64,000 nt of DNA, taken from Diplonema japonicum. Lineage: Eukaryota > Protista > Euglenozoa: Diplonemea. This document shows, in pieces, positions 32,101-44,100 of this stretch (positions within the stretch are counted from its first letter, which is position 1; the number at the start of each line of letters is the position of its first letter). A program made the translations under genes and the position numbers. Under the pieces are notes generated by a model. It saw only the letters and a program-made list of their open reading frames with translations. It was not told the DNA's origin and ran no database searches. The stretch covers positions 477,486-541,485 of the forward strand of contig OZ025693.1 in assembly GCA_964019335.1 (NCBI GenBank), given 5' to 3'.

Positions 32101-35100
32101 GTCTGCGCCTCCTCCTCGTCTTCCTCGGACGAAGCAAGGAGCACCATCGGCTCTGCCGTCGCCTGTCTTGTTGCGAGGGTCTCGGAGCGCTCCTCCAGCA
32201 GGACGGTCGCGGGCCTTCTTTGCTCCTCCAAGACGGTCGCGGTCCTCGGCTCCTCCTCCTGCTCCTTCTTCTCGCCCGCGGCTGCTAGTGCTGCGAGGGT
32301 CTCGAAGCGCTCCTCCAAGACGGTCGCAGACCTTTGCGCCTCGCGTGCCGCGAGTGCCGCGTAGCCCTCCCGCAGCTTCTCCACCTCTTCCGCCTGCGGG
32401 ACGACGGCCTCCGAGCTCTCCTGCAGGGTCCTTTCCTCGGGCTTCTTTGCCTTTTCTTCTGGCTCGTCGCTCGACACCGGCACCGACGGGGCGACTTCTT
32501 CTGCTGCCCTCGAGACGAAGGCTTCATGCACCTCCAGGACGACCACGACGGCCTTCTTCGCCGTTTCTCCGCTCTTTTTCGCGTCCTTCGCAGCTTCAGC
32601 CTCAGCCTCAGCCTCAGCCTCAGCCTCAGCCTCTGCGTCGCTCGTCGTCGTGCTCGTGCTTGTGCTCGAAGCCTCTTCCCTTTCTTCTCCCGAGGCCTTT
32701 GCCCTTGCCTCTGCCTGCTTGTCCTCCGCAGCTTCTTCCAGCCTTGCCCTCAGCTCCCTCACCTCCTCCTGCAGCTTTGCGACTTCTGCCGCGGTAAGGC
32801 CCGGCTGCGGCTGCTGTGATGCTGATGCTGATGCTGCTGACGCGGTCAGCAACAGCTCCTCGGCCTCGACAAGCTCCAAATCCCGCGGTGTGGGTGTGTG
32901 TGTAGGCGTGGGTGTGTCCTCCCCCTGAAGCGCCGCACAGCGCTCCTCCGCTTCCCGCTGCGTTGCGAGGGCAGCGTGCTCCGCTTCGACCGCTTTTCGG
33001 AGGTTCACAGAGGCGTTCTCCACGCGCTCCTTTGCACGCTCCAAGCGAGCTCCCGCTTCGTCCTCTGTCTGCGCCTCCTCCTCGTCTTCCTCGGACGAAG
33101 CAAGGAGCACCATCGGCTCTGCCGTCGCCTGTCTTGTTGCGAGGGTCTCGGAGCGCTCCTCCAGCAGGACGGTCGCGGGCCTTCTTTGCTCCTCCAAGAC
33201 GGTCGCGGTCCTCGGCTCCTCCTCCTGCTCCTTCTTCTCGCCCGCGGCTGCTAGTGCTGCGAGGGTCTCGAAGCGCTCCTCCAAGACGGTCGCAGACCTT
33301 TGCGCCTCGCGTGCCGCGAGTGCCGCGTAGCCCTCCCGCAGCTTCTCCACCTCTTCCGCCTGCGGGACGACGGCCTCCGAGCTCTCCTGCAGGGTCCTTT
33401 CCTCGGGCTTCTTTGCCTTTTCTTCTGGCTCGTCGCTCGACACCGGCACCGACGGGGCGACTTCTTCTGCTGCCCTCGAGACGAAGGCTTCATGCACCTC
33501 CAGGACGACCACGACGGCCTTCTTCGCCGTTTCTCCGCTCTTTTTCGCGTCCTTCGCAGCTTCAGCCTCAGCCTCAGCCTCAGCCTCAGCCTCTGCGTCG
33601 CTCGTCGTCGTGCTCGTGCTTGTGCTCGAAGCCTCTTCCCTTTCTTCTCCCGAGGCCTTTGCCCTTGCCTCTGCCTGCTTGTCCTCCGCAGCTTCTTCCA
33701 GCCTTGCCCTCAGCTCCCTCACCTCCTCCTGCAGCTTTGCGACTTCTGCCGCGGTAAGGCCCGGCTGCGGCTGCTGTGATGCTGATGCTGATGCTGCTGA
33801 CGCGGTCAGCAACAGCTCCTCGGCCTCGACAAGCTCCAAATCCCGCGGTGTGGGTGTGTGTGTAGGCGTGGGTGTGTCCTCCCCCTGAAGCGCCGCACAG
33901 CGCTCCTCCGCTTCCCGCTGCGTTGCGAGGGCAGCGTGCTCCGCTTCGACCGCTTTTCGGAGGTTCACAGAGGCGTTCTCCACGCGCTCCTTTGCACGCT
34001 CCAAGCGAGCTCCCGCTTCGTCCTCTGTCTGCGCCTCCTCCTCGTCTTCCTCGGACGAAGCAAGGAGCACCATCGGCTCTGCCGTCGCCTGTCTTGTTGC
34101 GAGGGTCTCGGAGCGCTCCTCCAGCAGGACGGTCGCGGGCCTTCTTTGCTCCTCCAAGACGGTCGCGGTCCTCGGCTCCTCCTCCTGCTCCTTCTTCTCG
34201 CCCGCGGCTGCTAGTGCTGCGAGGGTCTCGAAGCGCTCCTCCAAGACGGTCGCAGACCTTTGCGCCTCGCGTGCCGCGAGTGCCGCGTAGCCCTCCCGCA
34301 GCTTCTCCACCTCTTCCGCCTGCGGGACGACGGCCTCCGAGCTCTCCTGCAGGGTCCTTTCCTCGGGCTTCTTTGCCTTTTCTTCTGGCTCGTCGCTCGA
34401 CACCGGCACCGACGGGGCGACTTCTTCTGCTGCCCTCGAGACGAAGGCTTCATGCACCTCCAGGACGACCACGACGGCCTTCTTCGCCGTTTCTCCGCTC
34501 TTTTTCGCGTCCTTCGCAGCTTCAGCCTCAGCCTCAGCCTCAGCCTCAGCCTCTGCGTCGCTCGTCGTCGTGCTCGTGCTTGTGCTCGAAGCCTCTTCCC
34601 TTTCTTCTCCCGAGGCCTTTGCCCTTGCCTCTGCCTGCTTGTCCTCCGCAGCTTCTTCCAGCCTTGCCCTCAGCTCCCTCACCTCCTCCTGCAGCTTTGC
34701 GACTTCTGCCGCGGTAAGGCCCGGCTGCGGCTGCTGTGATGCTGATGCTGATGCTGCTGACGCGGTCAGCAACAGCTCCTCGGCCTCGACAAGCTCCAAA
34801 TCCCGCGGTGTGGGTGTGTGTGTAGGCGTGGGTGTGTCCTCCCCCTGAAGCGCCGCACAGCGCTCCTCCGCTTCCCGCTGCGTTGCGAGGGCAGCGTGCT
34901 CCGCTTCGACCGCTTTTCGGAGGTTCACAGAGGCGTTCTCCACGCGCTCCTTTGCACGCTCCAAGCGAGCTCCCGCTTCGTCCTCTGTCTGCGCCTCCTC
35001 CTCGTCTTCCTCGGACGAAGCAAGGAGCACCATCGGCTCTGCCGTCGCCTGTCTTGTTGCGAGGGTCTCGGAGCGCTCCTCCAGCAGGACGGTCGCGGGC

Positions 35101-38100
35101 CTTCTTTGCTCCTCCAAGACGGTCGCGGTCCTCGGCTCCTCCTCCTGCTCCTTCTTCTCGCCCGCGGCTGCTAGTGCTGCGAGGGTCTCGAAGCGCTCCT
35201 CCAAGACGGTCGCAGACCTTTGCGCCTCGCGTGCCGCGAGTGCCGCGTAGCCCTCCCGCAGCTTCTCCACCTCTTCCGCCTGCGGGACGACGGCCTCCGA
35301 GCTCTCCTGCAGGGTCCTTTCCTCGGGCTTCTTTGCCTTTTCTTCTGGCTCGTCGCTCGACACCGGCACCGACGGGGCGACTTCTTCTGCTGCCCTCGAG
35401 ACGAAGGCTTCATGCACCTCCAGGACGACCACGACGGCCTTCTTCGCCGTTTCTCCGCTCTTTTTCGCGTCCTTCGCAGCTTCAGCCTCAGCCTCAGCCT
35501 CAGCCTCAGCCTCTGCGTCGCTCGTCGTCGTGCTCGTGCTTGTGCTCGAAGCCTCTTCCCTTTCTTCTCCCGAGGCCTTTGCCCTTGCCTCTGCCTGCTT
35601 GTCCTCCGCAGCTTCTTCCAGCCTTGCCCTCAGCTCCCTCACCTCCTCCTGCAGCTTTGCGACTTCTGCCGCGGTAAGGCCCGGCTGCGGCTGCTGTGAT
35701 GCTGATGCTGATGCTGCTGACGCGGTCAGCAACAGCTCCTCGGCCTCGACAAGCTCCAAATCCCGCGGTGTGGGTGTGTGTGTAGGCGTGGGTGTGTCCT
35801 CCCCCTGAAGCGCCGCACAGCGCTCCTCCGCTTCCCGCTGCGTTGCGAGGGCAGCGTGCTCCGCTTCGACCGCTTTTCGGAGGTTCACAGAGGCGTTCTC
35901 CACGCGCTCCTTTGCACGCTCCAAGCGAGCTCCCGCTTCGTCCTCTGTCTGCGCCTCCTCCTCGTCTTCCTCGGACGAAGCAAGGAGCACCATCGGCTCT
36001 GCCGTCGCCTGTCTTGTTGCGAGGGTCTCGGAGCGCTCCTCCAGCAGGACGGTCGCGGGCCTTCTTTGCTCCTCCAAGACGGTCGCGGTCCTCGGCTCCT
36101 CCTCCTGCTCCTTCTTCTCGCCCGCGGCTGCTAGTGCTGCGAGGGTCTCGAAGCGCTCCTCCAAGACGGTCGCAGACCTTTGCGCCTCGCGTGCCGCGAG
36201 TGCCGCGTAGCCCTCCCGCAGCTTCTCCACCTCTTCCGCCTGCGGGACGACGGCCTCCGAGCTCTCCTGCAGGGTCCTTTCCTCGGGCTTCTTTGCCTTT
36301 TCTTCTGGCTCGTCGCTCGACACCGGCACCGACGGGGCGACTTCTTCTGCTGCCCTCGAGACGAAGGCTTCATGCACCTCCAGGACGACCACGACGGCCT
36401 TCTTCGCCGTTTCTCCGCTCTTTTTCGCGTCCTTCGCAGCTTCAGCCTCTGCGTCGCTCGTCGTCGTGCTCGTGCTTGTGCTCGAAGCCTCTTCCCTTTC
36501 TTCTCCCGAGGCCTTTGCCCTTGCCTCTGCCTGCTTGTCCTCCGCAGCTTCTTCCAGCCTTGCCCTCAGCTCCCTCACCTCCTCCTGCAGCTTTGCGACT
36601 TCTGCCGCGGTAAGGCCCGGCTGCGGCTGCTGTGATGCTGATGCTGATGCTGCTGACGCGGTCAGCAACAGCTCCTCGGCCTCGACAAGCTCCAAATCCC
36701 GCGGTGTGGGTGTGTGTGTAGGCGTGGGTGTGTCCTCCCCCTGAAGCGCCGCACAGCGCTCCTCCGCTTCCCGCTGCGTTGCGAGGGCAGCGTGCTCCGC
36801 TTCGACCGCTTTTCGGAGGTTCACAGAGGCGTTCTCCACGCGCTCCTTTGCACGCTCCAAGCGAGCTCCCGCTTCGTCCTCTGTCTGCGCCTCCTCCTCG
36901 TCTTCCTCGGACGAAGCAAGGAGCACCATCGGCTCTGCCGTCGCCTGTCTTGTTGCGAGGGTCTCGGAGCGCTCCTCCAGCAGGACGGTCGCGGGCCTTC
37001 TTTGCTCCTCCAAGACGGTCGCGGTCCTCGGCTCCTCCTCCTGCTCCTTCTTCTCGCCCGCGGCTGCTAGTGCTGCGAGGGTCTCGAAGCGCTCCTCCAA
37101 GACGGTCGCAGACCTTTGCGCCTCGCGTGCCGCGAGTGCCGCGTAGCCCTCCCGCAGCTTCTCCACCTCTTCCGCCTGCGGGACGACGGCCTCCGAGCTC
37201 TCCTGCAGGGTCCTTTCCTCGGGCTTCTTTGCCTTTTCTTCTGGCTCGTCGCTCGACACCGGCACCGACGGGGCGACTTCTTCTGCTGCCCTCGAGACGA
37301 AGGCTTCATGCACCTCCAGGACGACCACGACGGCCTTCTTCGCCGTTTCTCCGCTCTTTTTCGCGTCCTTCGCAGCTTCAGCCTCAGCCTCAGCCTCAGC
37401 CTCAGCCTCTGCGTCGCTCGTCGTCGTGCTCGTGCTTGTGCTCGAAGCCTCTTCCCTTTCTTCTCCCGAGGCCTTTGCCCTTGCCTCTGCCTGCTTGTCC
37501 TCCGCAGCTTCTTCCAGCCTTGCCCTCAGCTCCCTCACCTCCTCCTGCAGCTTTGCGACTTCTGCCGCGGTAAGGCCCGGCTGCGGCTGCTGTGATGCTG
37601 ATGCTGATGCTGCTGACGCGGTCAGCAACAGCTCCTCGGCCTCGACAAGCTCCAAATCCCGCGGTGTGGGTGTGTGTGTAGGCGTGGGTGTGTCCTCCCC
37701 CTGAAGCGCCGCACAGCGCTCCTCCGCTTCCCGCTGCGTTGCGAGGGCAGCGTGCTCCGCTTCGACCGCTTTTCGGAGGTTCACAGAGGCGTTCTCCACG
37801 CGCTCCTTTGCACGCTCCAAGCGAGCTCCCGCTTCGTCCTCTGTCTGCGCCTCCTCCTCGTCTTCCTCGGACGAAGCAAGGAGCACCATCGGCTCTGCCG
37901 TCGCCTGTCTTGTTGCGAGGGTCTCGGAGCGCTCCTCCAGCAGGACGGTCGCGGGCCTTCTTTGCTCCTCCAAGACGGTCGCGGTCCTCGGCTCCTCCTC
38001 CTGCTCCTTCTTCTCGCCCGCGGCTGCTAGTGCTGCGAGGGTCTCGAAGCGCTCCTCCAAGACGGTCGCAGACCTTTGCGCCTCGCGTGCCGCGAGTGCC

Positions 38101-41100
38101 GCGTAGCCCTCCCGCAGCTTCTCCACCTCTTCCGCCTGCGGGACGACGGCCTCCGAGCTCTCCTGCAGGGTCCTTTCCTCGGGCTTCTTTGCCTTTTCTT
38201 CTGGCTCGTCGCTCGACACCGGCACCGACGGGGCGACTTCTTCTGCTGCCCTCGAGACGAAGGCTTCATGCACCTCCAGGACGACCACGACGGCCTTCTT
38301 CGCCGTTTCTCCGCTCTTTTTCGCGTCCTTCGCAGCTTCAGCCTCAGCCTCAGCCTCAGCCTCAGCCTCTGCGTCGCTCGTCGTCGTGCTCGTGCTTGTG
38401 CTCGAAGCCTCTTCCCTTTCTTCTCCCGAGGCCTTTGCCCTTGCCTCTGCCTGCTTGTCCTCCGCAGCTTCTTCCAGCCTTGCCCTCAGCTCCCTCACCT
38501 CCTCCTGCAGCTTTGCGACTTCTGCCGCGGTAAGGCCCGGCTGCGGCTGCTGTGATGCTGATGCTGATGCTGCTGACGCGGTCAGCAACAGCTCCTCGGC
38601 CTCGACAAGCTCCAAATCCCGCGGTGTGGGTGTGTGTGTAGGCGTGGGTGTGTCCTCCCCCTGAAGCGCCGCACAGCGCTCCTCCGCTTCCCGCTGCGTT
38701 GCGAGGGCAGCGTGCTCCGCTTCGACCGCTTTTCGGAGGTTCACAGAGGCGTTCTCCACGCGCTCCTTTGCACGCTCCAAGCGAGCTCCCGCTTCGTCCT
38801 CTGTCTGCGCCTCCTCCTCGTCTTCCTCGGACGAAGCAAGGAGCACCATCGGCTCTGCCGTCGCCTGTCTTGTTGCGAGGGTCTCGGAGCGCTCCTCCAG
38901 CAGGACGGTCGCGGGCCTTCTTTGCTCCTCCAAGACGGTCGCGGTCCTCGGCTCCTCCTCCTGCTCCTTCTTCTCGCCCGCGGCTGCTAGTGCTGCGAGG
39001 GTCTCGAAGCGCTCCTCCAAGACGGTCGCAGACCTTTGCGCCTCGCGTGCCGCGAGTGCCGCGTAGCCCTCCCGCAGCTTCTCCACCTCTTCCGCCTGCG
39101 GGACGACGGCCTCCGAGCTCTCCTGCAGGGTCCTTTCCTCGGGCTTCTTTGCCTTTTCTTCTGGCTCGTCGCTCGACACCGGCACCGACGGGGCGACTTC
39201 TTCTGCTGCCCTCGAGACGAAGGCTTCATGCACCTCCAGGACGACCACGACGGCCTTCTTCGCCGTTTCTCCGCTCTTTTTCGCGTCCTTCGCAGCTTCA
39301 GCCTCAGCCTCAGCCTCAGCCTCAGCCTCTGCGTCGCTCGTCGTCGTGCTCGTGCTTGTGCTCGAAGCCTCTTCCCTTTCTTCTCCCGAGGCCTTTGCCC
39401 TTGCCTCTGCCTGCTTGTCCTCCGCAGCTTCTTCCAGCCTTGCCCTCAGCTCCCTCACCTCCTCCTGCAGCTTTGCGACTTCTGCCGCGGTAAGGCCCGG
39501 CTGCGGCTGCTGTGATGCTGATGCTGATGCTGCTGACGCGGTCAGCAACAGCTCCTCGGCCTCGACAAGCTCCAAATCCCGCGGTGTGGGTGTGTGTGTA
39601 GGCGTGGGTGTGTCCTCCCCCTGAAGCGCCGCACAGCGCTCCTCCGCTTCCCGCTGCGTTGCGAGGGCAGCGTGCTCCGCTTCGACCGCTTTTCGGAGGT
39701 TCACAGAGGCGTTCTCCACGCGCTCCTTTGCACGCTCCAAGCGAGCTCCCGCTTCGTCCTCTGTCTGCGCCTCCTCCTCGTCTTCCTCGGACGAAGCAAG
39801 GAGCACCATCGGCTCTGCCGTCGCCTGTCTTGTTGCGAGGGTCTCGGAGCGCTCCTCCAGCAGGACGGTCGCGGGCCTTCTTTGCTCCTCCAAGACGGTC
39901 GCGGTCCTCGGCTCCTCCTCCTGCTCCTTCTTCTCGCCCGCGGCTGCTAGTGCTGCGAGGGTCTCGAAGCGCTCCTCCAAGACGGTCGCAGACCTTTGCG
40001 CCTCGCGTGCCGCGAGTGCCGCGTAGCCCTCCCGCAGCTTCTCCACCTCTTCCGCCTGCGGGACGACGGCCTCCGAGCTCTCCTGCAGGGTCCTTTCCTC
40101 GGGCTTCTTTGCCTTTTCTTCTGGCTCGTCGCTCGACACCGGCACCGACGGGGCGACTTCTTCTGCTGCCCTCGAGACGAAGGCTTCATGCACCTCCAGG
40201 ACGACCACGACGGCCTTCTTCGCCGTTTCTCCGCTCTTTTTCGCGTCCTTCGCAGCTTCAGCCTCAGCCTCAGCCTCAGCCTCAGCCTCTGCGTCGCTCG
40301 TCGTCGTGCTCGTGCTTGTGCTCGAAGCCTCTTCCCTTTCTTCTCCCGAGGCCTTTGCCCTTGCCTCTGCCTGCTTGTCCTCCGCAGCTTCTTCCAGCCT
40401 TGCCCTCAGCTCCCTCACCTCCTCCTGCAGCTTTGCGACTTCTGCCGCGGTAAGGCCCGGCTGCGGCTGCTGTGATGCTGATGCTGATGCTGCTGACGCG
40501 GTCAGCAACAGCTCCTCGGCCTCGACAAGCTCCAAATCCCGCGGTGTGGGTGTGTGTGTAGGCGTGGGTGTGTCCTCCCCCTGAAGCGCCGCACAGCGCT
40601 CCTCCGCTTCCCGCTGCGTTGCGAGGGCAGCGTGCTCCGCTTCGACCGCTTTTCGGAGGTTCACAGAGGCGTTCTCCACGCGCTCCTTTGCACGCTCCAA
40701 GCGAGCTCCCGCTTCGTCCTCTGTCTGCGCCTCCTCCTCGTCTTCCTCGGACGAAGCAAGGAGCACCATCGGCTCTGCCGTCGCCTGTCTTGTTGCGAGG
40801 GTCTCGGAGCGCTCCTCCAGCAGGACGGTCGCGGGCCTTCTTTGCTCCTCCAAGACGGTCGCGGTCCTCGGCTCCTCCTCCTGCTCCTTCTTCTCGCCCG
40901 CGGCTGCTAGTGCTGCGAGGGTCTCGAAGCGCTCCTCCAAGACGGTCGCAGACCTTTGCGCCTCGCGTGCCGCGAGTGCCGCGTAGCCCTCCCGCAGCTT
41001 CTCCACCTCTTCCGCCTGCGGGACGACGGCCTCCGAGCTCTCCTGCAGGGTCCTTTCCTCGGGCTTCTTTGCCTTTTCTTCTGGCTCGTCGCTCGACACC

Positions 41101-44100
41101 GGCACCGACGGGGCGACTTCTTCTGCTGCCCTCGAGACGAAGGCTTCATGCACCTCCAGGACGACCACGACGGCCTTCTTCGCCGTTTCTCCGCTCTTTT
41201 TCGCGTCCTTCGCAGCTTCAGCCTCAGCCTCAGCCTCAGCCTCAGCCTCTGCGTCGCTCGTCGTCGTGCTCGTGCTTGTGCTCGAAGCCTCTTCCCTTTC
41301 TTCTCCCGAGGCCTTTGCCCTTGCCTCTGCCTGCTTGTCCTCCGCAGCTTCTTCCAGCCTTGCCCTCAGCTCCCTCACCTCCTCCTGCAGCTTTGCGACT
41401 TCTGCCGCGGTAAGGCCCGGCTGCGGCTGCTGTGATGCTGATGCTGATGCTGCTGACGCGGTCAGCAACAGCTCCTCGGCCTCGACAAGCTCCAAATCCC
41501 GCGGTGTGGGTGTGTGTGTAGGCGTGGGTGTGTCCTCCCCCTGAAGCGCCGCACAGCGCTCCTCCGCTTCCCGCTGCGTTGCGAGGGCAGCGTGCTCCGC
41601 TTCGACCGCTTTTCGGAGGTTCACAGAGGCGTTCTCCACGCGCTCCTTTGCACGCTCCAAGCGAGCTCCCGCTTCGTCCTCTGTCTGCGCCTCCTCCTCG
41701 TCTTCCTCGGACGAAGCAAGGAGCACCATCGGCTCTGCCGTCGCCTGTCTTGTTGCGAGGGTCTCGGAGCGCTCCTCCAGCAGGACGGTCGCGGGCCTTC
41801 TTTGCTCCTCCAAGACGGTCGCGGTCCTCGGCTCCTCCTCCTGCTCCTTCTTCTCGCCCGCGGCTGCTAGTGCTGCGAGGGTCTCGAAGCGCTCCTCCAA
41901 GACGGTCGCAGACCTTTGCGCCTCGCGTGCCGCGAGTGCCGCGTAGCCCTCCCGCAGCTTCTCCACCTCTTCCGCCTGCGGGACGACGGCCTCCGAGCTC
42001 TCCTGCAGGGTCCTTTCCTCGGGCTTCTTTGCCTTTTCTTCTGGCTCGTCGCTCGACACCGGCACCGACGGGGCGACTTCTTCTGCTGCCCTCGAGACGA
42101 AGGCTTCATGCACCTCCAGGACGACCACGACGGCCTTCTTCGCCGTTTCTCCGCTCTTTTTCGCGTCCTTCGCAGCTTCAGCCTCTGCGTCGCTCGTCGT
42201 CGTGCTCGTGCTTGTGCTCGAAGCCTCTTCCCTTTCTTCTCCCGAGGCCTTTGCCCTTGCCTCTGCCTGCTTGTCCTCCGCAGCTTCTTCCAGCCTTGCC
42301 CTCAGCTCCCTCACCTCCTCCTGCAGCTTTGCGACTTCTGCCGCGGTAAGGCCCGGCTGCGGCTGCTGTGATGCTGATGCTGATGCTGCTGACGCGGTCA
42401 GCAACAGCTCCTCGGCCTCGACAAGCTCCAAATCCCGCGGTGTGGGTGTGTGTGTAGGCGTGGGTGTGTCCTCCCCCTGAAGCGCCGCACAGCGCTCCTC
42501 CGCTTCCCGCTGCGTTGCGAGGGCAGCGTGCTCCGCTTCGACCGCTTTTCGGAGGTTCACAGAGGCGTTCTCCACGCGCTCCTTTGCACGCTCCAAGCGA
42601 GCTCCCGCTTCGTCCTCTGTCTGCGCCTCCTCCTCGTCTTCCTCGGACGAAGCAAGGAGCACCATCGGCTCTGCCGTCGCCTGTCTTGTTGCGAGGGTCT
42701 CGGAGCGCTCCTCCAGCAGGACGGTCGCGGGCCTTCTTTGCTCCTCCAAGACGGTCGCGGTCCTCGGCTCCTCCTCCTGCTCCTTCTTCTCGCCCGCGGC
42801 TGCTAGTGCTGCGAGGGTCTCGAAGCGCTCCTCCAAGACGGTCGCAGACCTTTGCGCCTCGCGTGCCGCGAGTGCCGCGTAGCCCTCCCGCAGCTTCTCC
42901 ACCTCTTCCGCCTGCGGGACGACGGCCTCCGAGCTCTCCTGCAGGGTCCTTTCCTCGGGCTTCTTTGCCTTTTCTTCTGGCTCGTCGCTCGACACCGGCA
43001 CCGACGGGGCGACTTCTTCTGCTGCCCTCGAGACGAAGGCTTCATGCACCTCCAGGACGACCACGACGGCCTTCTTCGCCGTTTCTCCGCTCTTTTTCGC
43101 GTCCTTCGCAGCTTCAGCCTCAGCCTCAGCCTCAGCCTCAGCCTCTGCGTCGCTCGTCGTCGTGCTCGTGCTTGTGCTCGAAGCCTCTTCCCTTTCTTCT
43201 CCCGAGGCCTTTGCCCTTGCCTCTGCCTGCTTGTCCTCCGCAGCTTCTTCCAGCCTTGCCCTCAGCTCCCTCACCTCCTCCTGCAGCTTTGCGACTTCTG
43301 CCGCGGTAAGGCCCGGCTGCGGCTGCTGTGATGCTGATGCTGATGCTGCTGACGCGGTCAGCAACAGCTCCTCGGCCTCGACAAGCTCCAAATCCCGCGG
43401 TGTGGGTGTGTGTGTAGGCGTGGGTGTGTCCTCCCCCTGAAGCGCCGCACAGCGCTCCTCCGCTTCCCGCTGCGTTGCGAGGGCAGCGTGCTCCGCTTCG
43501 ACCGCTTTTCGGAGGTTCACAGAGGCGTTCTCCACGCGCTCCTTTGCACGCTCCAAGCGAGCTCCCGCTTCGTCCTCTGTCTGCGCCTCCTCCTCGTCTT
43601 CCTCGGACGAAGCAAGGAGCACCATCGGCTCTGCCGTCGCCTGTCTTGTTGCGAGGGTCTCGGAGCGCTCCTCCAGCAGGACGGTCGCGGGCCTTCTTTG
43701 CTCCTCCAAGACGGTCGCGGTCCTCGGCTCCTCCTCCTGCTCCTTCTTCTCGCCCGCGGCTGCTAGTGCTGCGAGGGTCTCGAAGCGCTCCTCCAAGACG
43801 GTCGCAGACCTTTGCGCCTCGCGTGCCGCGAGTGCCGCGTAGCCCTCCCGCAGCTTCTCCACCTCTTCCGCCTGCGGGACGACGGCCTCCGAGCTCTCCT
43901 GCAGGGTCCTTTCCTCGGGCTTCTTTGCCTTTTCTTCTGGCTCGTCGCTCGACACCGGCACCGACGGGGCGACTTCTTCTGCTGCCCTCGAGACGAAGGC
44001 TTCATGCACCTCCAGGACGACCACGACGGCCTTCTTCGCCGTTTCTCCGCTCTTTTTCGCGTCCTTCGCAGCTTCAGCCTCAGCCTCAGCCTCAGCCTCA